DNA from: Amphiscolops sp. MND2022 | Lineage: Eukaryota | DNA: 64,000 nt | NCBI GenBank assembly: GCA_964187785.1 | Contig: OZ076409.1 | Location: 2,418,001 to 2,482,000 of the forward strand | Direction: 5' to 3' | Part shown: one piece after another, positions 51,501-63,660 of the stretch | Numbering within the stretch: the stretch's first letter is position 1 | How the letters are laid out: the number at the start of each line of letters is the position of its first letter | Translations under genes and position numbers: made by a program | The notes under the pieces: model-generated | Told to the model about the DNA's origin: nothing | Databases searched by the model: none | What the model saw: the letters and a program-made list of their open reading frames with translations, nothing else

Positions 51501-51873
51501 ATCCCAAAGGCCCCCCCCCTTTCAGTTTTTTTCGACAATGAGATTTTTTCCGAAAATAAAAATCCCGCTTCAATTGTTTGATGTTTTGCGACAGAATTGA
51601 TGTTGAAAAACGCCGAAGGGTCCCCCTTTCAGTTTTTTTCGGCATTGTGAGACTTTTTTTCGAAAAATTTTTAATTACTCCAAAGGGTCTCTCTTTAAGC
51701 GCGCCAATTCGGTCCAACTTTTGAGTTTTTGGGTACTGTAAGAAAATCGTGACACTTTAAAGTACTTTAAAGTAGATATGGCGCCGATTTATGCCGTTCC
51801 CCGCCTGTTTCAATGGACTAAGACATTCAATTATATACGACATTATATGCCAACTTCCTATTAGGTCCCGTCC

Positions 51874-52026
51874 CTGGTTAGCATTCCGAAACAACTGTTG
51901 CGACATCAATGTGACGTCACCATTCTGCACCAGACGAGCCAGCAACGACTTCATATTGCCAAATCTGAAACTGGCACTGCTGGAAGAACCAACACAAGCA
52001 GCGTTGATGGGACTTTTCGTCCTCAT
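51874..52026 (-). CDS. PARS2: Putative PARS2 first coding exon, copy 1 (targeting peptide)
   Basis: MRTKSPINAACVGSSSSASFRFGNMKSLLARLVQNGDVTLMSQQLFRNANQ: basic and Ser-rich; LMSQQLF sits at about the spacing of LLSRVF in PARS2; needs a CAG|GGACGG donor; total protein 482 aa. Confidence 0.5.
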
Positions 52027-52189
52027 TGAGATTTTCAAGTGTGTCGTGAAAAATGTTCCATTCGACCGGTTTCTTAGGTCGTTTGTGATCTCGCAATACA
52101 CAACCCAATTGGGAAGGTGGCCAGTGATGATCATTTCCATTTCAAAAAAGATTTTTTCCTCAAAAATTATTTGCAAAACAATGATGTAA

Positions 52190-52478
52190 CACAGAGGCGA
52201 AGCGGTGCTTCGCAACACATGACGAAGACAACGATTATTTTAATATGCGTATATATATTATTTTAATCGCATGCGTATATATTCAACAGTTCAACTTTAT
52301 TCAATAACGTCCTTATGGCACAGTGGTTAACACTTATGCCGCGCAATCGGGAGGCTGCAGGTTCGAATCTCTCTGGGGTTTTGGCTTTTCTCTAAAAGGC
52401 GCTTATTATGAAGTTGGCTATTGTGGAAAAAAAACTTTCTTAGCTGGACTGCAATGCACATTGACTTCGTCATGTGCA
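52190..52478 (-). mobile_element. ~290-bp Helentron-type element with tRNA-like core (52309-52380)
   Basis: Hairpin GCGAAGC-GGT-GCTTCGC, subTIR CACATGACGAAG / CTTCGTCATGTG; empty site near 58950. Confidence 0.8.
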
Positions 52479-53337
52479 ATAATTTGAACAAAAACGTTAA
52501 GTACTTTCCGGGCAACGCTTTTTTTGATCGAAAATACACGTAGGAGCTCGTAGTTCTATCCAAACCTGACAAGTTAGCGAAATTCTTGGACTGAATTAAT
52601 TGCCTGCTTTTGTTCACGTGCTCAAGAAACGATTTCTATTTATAGAAATTGTAGAATCATTGATTTGACTTCTGAATGAAATTATTCATACAAATTAATT
52701 CAAATTATTTTGTAAAAATAGGCCCCTGCGGGACACAATATTATGTATGCTTTCAGAAGCATATCTGGGAAGAACATACACTTCTATTAAAGCATTAAAT
52801 AGTTCACAATTATTAGCTGTACCAGTTTCCACCGCTTTTAATTCTGCTCGGACTAAAGAAAATATACCTACTAAGCGTAGACGAAGTTTCGCATTCGCAT
52901 TTTAATGCAGGCGAAGCTCTCGGCGAACGAATAATAAACACGCATTGGCTTCTTTTCAATGAATTCGACGTACGAAAGCATAATTAACACTGCTCGTTTC
53001 GTCGCACGAGAAAGGAATTGTTGTCGGCAGCTTCAGAAATTTAAATCTCACGCTTATACTCACTGCCGAACAAAATATCTGAATTTTTCAGTAGGTACTC
53101 GGACCGCTAACAAAACTGACTGAAAAAGGTAGTTTTCTCAGATTTCTATATTATTCCTGCTATCGCAGAAGTAATAAAAATGATCATCACTGTAGCTGGC
53201 AATCAAAAGTCCTTCCGTTCATTAGGATTCATTGTGCGTTATTGAGGGGCGTTTTGAGAAATGTATTACGGTGACTATTTATATCGTAGAATATTCAGAA
53301 CGTCGAACACCTATATGTATGTATTTAACTGGAATTT

Positions 53338-53372
53338 GATTGGCTCATTTAATGCAATTTTGGTCACGTGAC
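53338..53372. promoter_or_regulatory. Possible promoter elements: CCAAT box and palindromic E-box GTCACGTGAC (copy at 59822-59856)
   Basis: GATTGG and GTCACGTGAC about 1.3 kb upstream of the putative PARS2 start; motif presence only. Confidence 0.3.
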
Positions 53373-54120
53373 TGTGTGTAAACTGCTTTCGACGCTTTGA
53401 ATATTCTACGTTTTGAATTGTCCCCATGTATTTCAAATTCAAAAACTGACAATCTCTGCTCAATTTTCACAAGTGCGAGTCGTTTGAAATTACGAGTCAA
53501 AGGTCACATATTTTCACGTGGGAACTACTTTCCGAGTTCAATTACTCTCGAATCTCCCTTCCTTTCAATTCAGACTTCCCTTGATGCTGTGAAATTGTAT
53601 TTCCATGCATTCCTCCACCTATAAGCTGATTCTTCAAGCATTTGAAGACATTACAGTTCTTCAAGTGACAAACTTTCCAGCTTCGAAAAAATTAATACTA
53701 TTTCCCATGAAAATCGAGTACGGCTTTTAGTTTCGAAAGTCTTTGAGGTCAATGAAATTCGATTCGTACGTCTTCAAGTTTATGCAAAAGTATCGCAGTA
53801 CCACTGTGCTCTTTTGGTATAAATTTTTCTATTCAAAAAACGAGACGTTTCTGACAGACTGAGTGCTTTAATCTAGATCAAATGAAAATGTTGCGATAAT
53901 TGAAGTTGAGATTAAGCGATCAGTATCAAGATGACGCCGAATATCAACTCAAGAAGGCCAGGCCGTTGAGAATCTTGACTACAAGGATCATGTTTCCATG
54001 TATCATCAGCTAGGTCTATCAGATATCTTTTTCCAAATTTGAATTTGATGAAGCAATGTGGCTTCTCCAGAAGCTGTCAATGTGGCGAAGTAAACAGCAA
54101 TTAGCACATTGTCTCAAATC

Positions 54121-54458
54121 GGTTCTAGGACAATACGCCCAAGGAAATTACGCCCAAACGGAAATTACGCCCAAGGAAATTAAACTATTCAAAGCGAATA
54201 GCAGCGATTTTTTTCAGGTTATTATTTGAAGAGGCTTAAATATTTGTTGTATGGCTCGTTCGCTTCGCTCCCTTCGCCAAGTAGCAACATTGAGGCATGG
54301 CCATATGGCACGTCGCTCCGCTTCGCTCCTGCATTTAGGGCACTAGGGGTATGTGTGGCATAGCTGATTACATTATCGTAATTTACTTGTGCGTAATTTA
54401 CGTTTGGGCGTAATGTCCGCTTTGGGCGTAATGTCCTTGGGCGTAATGTCCGGACACC
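54121..54458. mobile_element. Foldback/Mutator-like MITE with tandem TTACGCCCAA subrepeats in its TIRs (copy at 60605-60932)
   Basis: GG...GGACAATACGCCCAAGGAAATTACGCCCAA / TTGGGCGTAATGTCCGGACACC; flanks CTCAAATC / CTCAATTC. Confidence 0.7.
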
Positions 54459-54509
54459 CTCAATTCGACAGTATGATATGAGCCCCAGTATGAAATTGCT
54501 AACCAACTA

Positions 54510-54969
54510 CAGTACTGTGATTAAGAAATCGTCCCCCTATGACGTTCTCAGCCAATTAAAACTGTTTATTTGCTCTCACTTTCAATTTTGATTAGCACAT
54601 CGAGTGAAATTCATGTAAACTGAGACAATTTTACCTTTTGAGCCTGATATTTCGCACACGGTTGATCATTTGTGAAATCAAAATATATCCATCAATGCAG
54701 TATTTTTGTGGGACTTGATTGAACATAAAACTTGCCAAAAAAACTGGGGATAAAACGGTCAAAAATTGGGAAAACTGCAACAAGTCCCAATTTTGCTCAA
54801 AATCAACTTTCTCAATTTTTGTCTCAGAAAATTTTTTTTAAAAAAACTAATGTAAACTAGATGAAATTCTAAGAAACTTTTATTTCTGATGTTTTTCAAA
54901 ATTTCCAACCGATTTCGAGAAAATTGAGCCTAAAATCTCCCGGGAGACGTTTTCTCAATCACAGTACTG
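54510..54969. mobile_element. Tc1/mariner-type MITE (copy at 60984-61439)
   Basis: TIR CAGTACTGTGATT.AGAAA.CGTC flanked by TA. Confidence 0.85.
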
Positions 54970-55227
54970 TACATTGTACATTGTACTTCACTTTTGGTTT
55001 ATACGGTAGATAACTTTCTCAATTCTTTTTTTTCAGCGGTCAAACACGACGAGATTCAACTAAACTTCAAAAACCTGTTTGTTGATTGTCTGTTAACAAC
55101 AGTTGTCTCTCTAGAGTCGAATTATTTAGAACCGAAAGATTTTGAATATAATTCTACAGAATCGAAAATGATAATTTCATTTTTAATATTAGAAGCTAAA
55201 ATCGGTTCTATGATTTGGTCTTTCGCC

Positions 55228-56280
55228 TTAACCAGGAATAGAGGTGGAATTTTCTGGATCCATCGTAAAATAGGTTGCTTAAACTTTGAACCGCAATATC
55301 TCCTTAACTATTCAAGTCCGAAAAACGATTTATACAGCGTTCGAAAGAGGAGCATCAGGGCTTTCAAATCAATTTTTAAACTGCTGGGCTGGGGGCCCGC
55401 TTCGCTGCACTGGCTCCGGACTTTGCGCCAAAACTTTGCACGCCTTGTGTCTCTGATTGCATTTCAGCATGTTTCAACACATGCTACGGTCACTTTGACC
55501 CAATCTTGATACCAGCGGGATAAAAGGGCCACAAACGAAAACTGGAAAAACGGAAAATCTGCGCTTACTTTTTGGTCCCATTTTCTTGATTTCGGAGACA
55601 TCACGTCAATATTCTGTGAAATGGCGTGCAATGCTATGTAAAATCGTCTGAAAATCCTATTGAAGAGTTTTCCTCACCATACGGTCAGCTGGTGCGTTTA
55701 GAAGTTTGCAGAATTTAACTGGTACGAAATCATTTAAAAAACAATTCGTTGCAAAAAATGAATGAAATCTATAATAATGACGAAAACTCTTTAACCCGGA
55801 ATGGAGGTGGAATTTTCTGGATGCATCCAAAAATCTGGTGCTCAAACTTTGAACCGCAATATCTCGAAAACTATTCAAGTCCCACAAACGATTTATACAG
55901 CGTTCAAAAGAGCATCAGGGCCGCACTGGTTCCGGACTTTGCGCCAAAAATTTGCACGCGTCGTGTCTCTGCTTGCTTTTCAGCATGTTTCAAAACATTC
56001 TGATGCCGCTTTGACCCAATGTTGACACCAGTGGGTTAAAAGGGCCAGAAACCAAAAATGGGAAACTGGAAAATCTGCAGTTATTTTTTTTTGAATTTTT
56101 TGTCTCATTTTCTGGATTTCAGAGACATCACGTCAATATTCCGTGAAAAGGCGCCGAATGCTATGCAATATTGTCTGAAAATCTTATCCAAGAGTTTGCT
56201 TTACCATACGGTGGGCAGGTGCCTTTAGAAGTTCGCAGATCTTAAGTGCAAATACGTACCGCGATGCTAAATAGGGTTAA
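55228..56280. repeat. Two diverged ~560-bp tandem copies, TTAA-bounded (piggyBac-like remnant)
   Basis: TTAACC.GGAAT.GAGGTGGAATTTTCTGGAT at 55228 and 55791; ends AGGGTTAA. Confidence 0.55.
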
Positions 56281-56720
56281 TAAGTGGATTTGACTTCTTT
56301 GTTAAATCCTCGTTTTCAGACGTGTGCCGATAAAGGGCAAATAAGGGGCAAATTTCAAAATAAAGGGCGGCAAATAAAGGGCAAAATTTTTTTTAAAAAG
56401 GACAAATCGCGGTGGCCCTACTCATAAGATGGATGATGGCATAAAAACAAAAATGTTTTTCAAAATCAATTTCTGACAGTTCTATGGAGTTTTGCACAAT
56501 TCTTGCACGTTTCCGTGGGTATAAATATCAAGAGTACAGTGACAAAATAGGCTACGTAGCATGTTTGATTTCAGGAAAAGGCCTAAATTAACACGGAGTT
56601 TTGTTTCTCTAACCTCGAACTCGCCTTCTCGACTTTCAACTAAACGCGGATTTCGAGGTAGCAGTCAAAATTTGACGAAACGTAAAACTTTAAAGTTGTT
56701 CTTGAGTTTACTGATTTTGA

Positions 56721-57008
56721 CACAGAGGCGAAGCGGTGCTTCGCAACACATGACGAAGACATCGATTATTTTAATATGCGTATATATATTATTTTAATCG
56801 CATGCGTATATATTCAACAGTTCAACTTTGTTCAATAACGTCCCTATGGCACAGTGGTCAACACTTATGCCGTGCAATCGGGAGGCTGCAGGTTCGAATC
56901 TCTCTGGGGTTTTGGCTTTTTCTGAAAGGCGCTCATTATGAAGTTGACTATAGTGGAAAAAAACTTACTTGGCTGGACTGCAATGCACATTGACTTCGTC
57001 ATGTGCAA
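56721..57008 (-). mobile_element. Second insertion of the ~290-bp tRNA-core Helentron-type element
   Basis: Near-identical to 52190-52478 but at a different site; empty site near 48908. Confidence 0.8.
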
Positions 57009-58634
57009 TAAAAAGCAACCAAAAATAACTTTAAGCTCTAATACTTTTTCGACTTTTCCAGAGTTCACTACAACTGCATAAATTGCTAATAATTTGAAAA
57101 AAATGTCAACTATTAATTCCATATAAGTTTTCGGGATAAAATAGTTCGATAAAAAACTCCGGAAGGGAATCATTCACTTTGAAACGCATTTCAGAAAAAT
57201 GTTGTTTTCGAATTTGCAATCAGTACGTTTAGTTGACTAAAATCGCCAGTGCTTCAAGACAAACACGAACGCGACAAAACGGATAGGGCGGCCCAAACGA
57301 AACTAAAGACAGTTGGCCTAGTGGGTGCAGCATTGGCTTCCGAAGCATGAGGACAAGGTTCGAATCTGGCTAGTGTCCAATTTTTTGCGCCGACTGAGCT
57401 GTTCTCGGGTTGTTAAGAAAGCGTCTAAATCTTGTACTAAGCTTTGTTACTACAAGTGAGCGGTTAAGACTTTTGTTCATCATTTGAATATAAACGAAGC
57501 TCTCGGTGAACTATTAATTAGGAAACACTCGTACGCTTCATGCCAAAAAAAGTTGTCTTCCTAGCTACAAAGAGAGTTATACCAGCGGCTGAGATTTAGA
57601 AAAGTAAAAATTACAGGTGTGTGGAAAGTTTAGTCAAAATCGTCTAGTCAGAAAAGCGGTTTTATTGGGCGTATTTTTTATCAAAATCTGCAATACCAAT
57701 GAGATCAAATGATTCCCCTTTGGCCGTTTTTTGAGATTGTGCCGTTTTTTCCGAACTTTTTTTCATGTCGCCGAAGGGTATCCCGTTTTTTTCTGATGCC
57801 CAGGCAGAAAAGTTTTGCGAACTCAAAGGCCCCCTAAGAAGGTTTTCGGCACTGTGAGCCTTAGGCGAGGCGGCCTACTTCAATTACTGCAGTAATAAGG
57901 TGGAATATTATAAACAAGACCGTTCTCGCCTTGTTTGTAGTATCCCAACTTACGCAAAAAAATATTAACAAGCGTCGCCAGAATGGCATACTGAATATTT
58001 CTAAAACATTTCCTTCACCTGAAGTTTCACTCACACTAGTTAGAGAACATCTCAAGTCGGCGCACCGCTTAAAACTAAAAAAACTCAAATTCTCATTAAA
58101 ATGAAGTGAAACGCGACTATACTAGTGGCTTTTCTTTTTTCTTTCAATCCACACGAACTGACCAAAATAGTTCTTAAAAGTTCTACCAAATATTATGGTG
58201 TCAAATTGCACCATTTGGCCTAGCGAACTGAACCAAAAAAGTTTTTCCTGTTTTTCCGCGTAACATACCATACCGGGCGAGACCAAAGGGTCCCCCTTTC
58301 AATTTTTTTGGGCACTGCGAGACTTTTTTCCGGAAAAAAAATTTCCCCAAAGGGTCCCCCCTTCAATTTTTTGATGTTTTGCGACAAAATGGATGTTGAA
58401 AACCCCCAAAGGGTCCACCCTTTCAGTGTTTTTCGGCATTGTGAGACTGTTTTTCCAAAAACTTTTTTTTTCATAAAAGGGTCCCCAACTCACCAATACT
58501 TTGACATATTGAAGTCCTTTTGATATTTTTGAGCCTTAGACATGGCGCCGACTTATGCCGTTCCCCGCTTGTTTCAATGGACTAAGACATTCAATTATAT
58601 ACATTATATGCCAACTTCCTAGTTGGTCCCGTCC

Positions 58635-58790
58635 CTGGTTAGCATTTCGAAACAACTGTTGCGACATCAATGTGACGTCACCATTCTGCACCAGACGAGC
58701 CAGCAACGACTTCATATTGCCAAATCTGAAACTGGCACTGCTGGAAAAACCATCACAAGCAGCGTTGATGGGACTTTTCGTCCTCCTCAT
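58635..58790 (-). CDS. PARS2: Putative PARS2 first coding exon, copy 2
   Basis: Frame preserved (3-nt indel, synonymous CGG/CGA); same CAG|GGACGG end. Confidence 0.45.
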
Positions 58791-61700
58791 TGAGATTTTC
58801 AAGTGAGTCGTGAAAAATGTTCCATTCGACCGGTTTCTTAGGTTGTTTGCGATCACGCAATTCACAACCCAATTGGGAAGGTGGCCAGTGATGATCATTT
58901 TCATTTCGAAAAAAGATTTTTTTCCTCAAAAAGTATTTGCAAAACGATGAAATAATTTGAACAAAAACGTTAAGTACTTTCCGGGCAACGCTTTTTTTTG
59001 ATCGAAAATACACGTAGGAGCTCGTAGTTCTATCCAATGCTGACAAGTTAGCGAAATTCTTGGACTGAATTAATTGCCTGCTTTTGTTCACGTGCTCAAG
59101 AAACTATTTCTATTTATAGAAATTGTAGAATCATTGATTTGACTTCTGAATTAAATTATTCATACAAATTAATTCAAATTATTTTTGGCCCCTGTAAAAA
59201 TAGGCCCCTGCGGGACACAATATTATTTATGCTTTTAGAAGCATATCTGGAAAGACTATACACTCCTGTTAAATCATTAAATAGTACACAATTATTCAAT
59301 GTACCAGTTTCCACCGCCTTTAATTCTGCTCGGACTAAAGAAAATATACTACCAAGCGTATACTACCAAGTTTCGCATTCGCATTTTAATCCAGGCGAAG
59401 CTCTCGGCGAACGAATAATAAACACTCATTCGCTTCTTTTTAATGAATTCGACGTACGAAAGCATAATTAACACTGCTCGTTTCGTCGCACGAGAAAGGA
59501 ATTGTTGTCGGCAGCTTCAGAAATTTAAATCTCACGCTTATACTCACTGCCGAACAAAATATCTGAATTTTTCAGTAGGTACTCGGACCGCTAACAAAAC
59601 TGACTGAAAAAGGTAGTTTTCTCAGATTTCTATATTATTCCTGCTATCGCAGAAGTAATAAAAATGATCATCACTGTAGCTGGCAATCAAAAGTCCTTCC
59701 GTTCATTAGGATTCATTGTGCGTTATTGAGGGGCGTTTTGAGAAATGTATTACGGTGACTATTTATATCGTAGAATATTCAGAACGTCGAACACCTATAT
59801 GTATGTATTTAACTGGAATTTGATTGGCTCATTTAATGCAATTTTGGTCACGTGACTGTGTGTAAACTGCTTTCGACGCTTTGAATATTCTACGTTTTGA
59901 ATTGTCCCCATGTATTTCAAATTCAAAAACTGACAATCTCTGCTCAATTTTCACAAGTGCGAGTCGTTTGAAATTACGAGTCAAAGGTCACATATTTTCA
60001 CGTGGGAACTACTTTCCGAGTTCAATTACTCTCGAATCTCCCTTCCTTTTAATTCAGACTTCCCTTGATGCTGTGAAATTGTATTTCCATGCATTCCTCC
60101 ACCTATAAGCTGATTCTTCAAGCATTTGAAGACATTACAGTTCTTCAAGTGACAAACTTTCCAGCTTCGAAAAAATTAATACTATTTCCCATGAAAATCG
60201 AGTACGGCTTTTAGTTTCGAAAGTCTTTGAGGTCAATGAAATTCGATTCGTACGTCTTCAAGTTTATGCAAAAGTATCGCAGTACCACTGTGCTCTTTTG
60301 GTATAAATTTTTCTATTCAAAAAACGAGACGTTTCTGACAGACTGAGTGCTTTAATCTAGATCAAATGAAAATGTTGCGATAATTGAAGTTGAGATTAAG
60401 CGATCAGTATCAAGATGACGCCGAATATCAACTCAAGAAGGCCAGGCCGTTGAGAATCTTGACTACAAGGATCATGTTTCCATGTATCATCAGCTAGGTC
60501 TATCAGATATCTTTTTCCAAATTTGAATTTGATGAAGCAATGTGGCTTCTCCAGAAGCTGTCAATGTGGCGAAGTAAACAGCAATTAGCACATTGTCTCA
60601 AATCGGTTCTAGGACAATACGCCCAAGGAAATTACGCCCAAACGGAAATTACGCCCAAGGAAATTAAACTATTCAAAGCGAATAGCAGCGATTTTTTTCA
60701 GGTTATTATTTGAAGAGGCTTAAATATTTGTTGTATGGCTCGTTCGCTTCGCTCCCTTCGCCAAGTAGCAACATTGAGGCATGGCCATATGGCACGTCGC
60801 TCCGCTTCGCTTCGCTCCTGCATTTAGGGCACTAGGGGTATGTGTGGCATAGCTGATTACATTATCGTAATTTACTTGTGCGTAATTTACGTTTGGGCGT
60901 AATGTCCGCTTTGGGCGTAATGTCCGGACACCCTCAATTCGACAGTATGATATGGGCCCCAGTATGAAATTGCTAGCCAACTACAGTACTGTGATTAAGA
61001 AATCGTCCCCCTATGACGTTCTCAGCCAATTAAAACTGTTTATTTGCTCTCACTTTCAATTTTGATTAGCACATCGAGTGAAATTCATGTAAACTGAGAC
61101 AATTTTACCTTTTGAGCCTGATATTTCGCACACGGTTGATCATTTGTGAAATCAAAATATATCTATCAATGCAGTATTTTTGTGGGACTTGATTGAACAT
61201 AAAACTTGCCAAAAAACTGGGGATAAAACGGTCAAAAATTGGGAAAACTGCAAAAAGTCCCAAATTTGCTCAAAATCAACTTTCTCAATTTTTGTCTCAG
61301 AAAATTTTAAAAAAAACTAATGTAAACTAGATGAAATTCTAAGAAACTTTTATTTCTGATGTTTTTCGAAATTTCCAACCGATTTCGAGAAAATTGAGCC
61401 TAAAATCTCCCGGGGGACGTTTTCTCAATCACAGTACTGTACATTGTACTTCACTTTTGGTTTATACGATAGATAACTTTCTCAATTCTTTTTTTTTCAG
61501 CGGTCAAACACGACGAGATTCAACTAAACTTCAAAAACCTGTTTGTTGATTGTCTGTTAACAACAGTTGTCTCTCTAGAGTCGAATTATTTAGAACCGAA
61601 ATATTTTCAATAGAATTCTACAGAATCGAAAATGACAATTTCATTTTTAATATTAGAAACTAAAATCGGTTCTATGATTTGGTCTTTCTTCTTTCGAGGC

Positions 61701-61899
61701 GCTTTGCGTCGTCCCTCCAGGTCGACCTTGTTCAAAACGTGCCGCTAGTTTATGGCAACAATCTAGGTATCGTGTAATAGTAATCAAATTTTCGATTCTA
61801 CATAATTCGACTCTGTACAGTTCACACCGTCGACAACATTCACTACAACTTCGAACTTTAAAAAGAAAAAAAAAGGTTCAGAGGAGGCTCAAGATTGAA

Positions 61900-62097
61900 T
61901 TAAGCAACGGAAGAGGCGTTAGAGGAGATCTTGGGCCACAGATCCGCGCACTCCTTGGCCACGGGACCCGTGATGGCGGACCCCTTCATCTCGCCTTTGA
62001 CGTTGACGATGACCCCCGCGTTGTCCTCAAAGTAGATGAACACTCCGTCCTTCCGGCGGTAGGGCTTGCGCTGTCGGATCACCACAGCAGGCATCAC
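61900..62097 (-). CDS. RPL23: 60S ribosomal protein L23 (uL14), coding exon 2
   Basis: TCTCTTTCTAG| acceptor; [65 protein letters not shown]. Confidence 0.98.
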   Translation of the reverse strand: MMPAVVIRQRKPYRRKDGVFIYFEDNAGVIVNVKGEMKGSAITGPVAKECADLWPKISSNASSVA

Positions 62098-62413
62098 CTA
62101 GAAAGAGACAGAAAGATTCATGCAACCATTCAATCATGTCAAACGCAACCACGTTTGTTTCGGATAACAAACAAGTGGCTGATTTAAACTCTCATTTCGA
62201 CATTTCCTCAACCTTCAGTCGACATTTTTAAGATCTAAAACAAAGAAAAGTGACGCAATTTACAGGCAAACAGGAAAAGCACCAAAAATGAGAGAAAAAC
62301 AGAAAAATCAAAATTAAAAGACACGCAGCTATCACATAAAACATTAGAAATAAGATCTGAACGAGCAAACCAACTCCGTTCATATGCGTCTTTCAATTTT
62401 GATTTTTTTCTGT

Positions 62414-62677
62414 TTTTTAGTCGGCGCTTCATGAAGTTCAGTCGGCGCTATTTTCATGTTTTGCGACAGAATGGATGTTGAAAAACCTCAAAGGGTCCCC
62501 CTTCCAGTATTTCGGCATTGTGAGACTTTAAAATTTTTTTCCTCCAAAGGGTCCCCCCTTCAATTTCTTTGATATTTGATATTTTGCAACAGAATGTATG
62601 TTAGTTTTTTCAAAAATAATGTTTTGCGCTTTCTGAGCCTTAGATATAGCGCCGACTTTAGACGTTCTCGCCTTGTT
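62414..62677 (+). mobile_element. Helentron-type family A copy in the RPL23 intron
   Basis: TTTTTAGTCGGCGC start; GCGCCGACTTTAGACGTTCTCGCCTTGTT end. Confidence 0.65.
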
Positions 62678-63240
62678 TTCTGTCATTTTTGGTGTTTTTC
62701 GTTTGCCTGTAAATTCTGTCGATTTTCTTTGTTCAAGACCTCAAGTGTTAACCAGCCACTTTTTACTTGTTATCCGGCTCCTGTATTTCCAACACGTTTG
62801 TTTCGACACCGTGAAAGATTTGTACTAAAACATAAGTAGCTCTCACCAAGCTTCCAGATCTAGCACCCCTTCAACTATGGTGTAACTCAATTGTTCAGTT
62901 TTTTCGCTAATCGCTAATTTCAAAATCACTATTTCGCTGAAAAACATCTTCTTGAAACTATTCAATGTTTGATTCAAGTTTGTTTTAAAATTGAACGATA
63001 ACTCAATTCAGTTTTCGCAAGAAAAAACTGGAATTTTATACTGTGTGGGTTGTTCTACAACTGTGAAAGTTGATTTTTTTAAAAAAATTCAATTTGAAAC
63101 TTCGTGTATTTTCCAAGGAAATTTTGATTTTAGACAATCTATGAATTGTTGCTAATTTGAATATCCAATAAAATCGCTGAAAAAAATCGCCTATTAGAAA
63201 TGTGAAAAGTGTGATTACTCCAACTAGCCAGTGAACAGAC

Positions 63241-63660
63241 CAGGGTTGTCAAAAAAAACGTTTTTTATCCAAAAAAACAATTATACATGTTTTTTATCGA
63301 AAAAAAACCAGTTTTTTTTGTATTTTATGTTTTTTTTATTTTTCAGCGACAATAGAACATAAGCATCACAAAATGAAGCAATTCATTCAAGCTGAGTTCA
63401 GTTGCCGGTAGAGAAAGGCCATTTTGCCGGCTTTTTGGGCGTCCAAATTGCTTCGAAGCTTGCCAGTGGTACAATATCTTCGAAACAATCCTGACATTGC
63501 GCTCTGGTTCAATTTTTTTGAAAAAGAGCCAAATTTGGTCTTTTTTCGACCCATTTCAACCTGAAAAAGATGATTGCACGTAAATTGTTTTAAACAATGT
63601 TTTTTATGGGTGTTTTAAAACAAGTTTTATTGGTATGTGTTTCAAAACATGACAACCTTG
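63241..63660. mobile_element. hAT-type MITE in the RPL23 intron
   Basis: TIR CAGGGTTGTCA / TGACAACCTTG, 8-bp TSD GAACAGAC (63233-63240, 63661-63668). Confidence 0.85.

Larger units (their letters stand above)
48164..55224. repeat. Local direct duplication, copy 1
   Basis: Collinear with 56419-61688 from TACTCATAAGAT to TGATTTGGTCTTTC; differs by copy-specific insertions. Confidence 0.95.
56419..61688. repeat. Local direct duplication, copy 2
   Basis: Collinear with 48164-55224. Confidence 0.95.

Noticed and set aside
53397..54100. Possible coding region in the duplicated block
   Set aside because: Frames examined are interrupted by stops and show no recognisable motif
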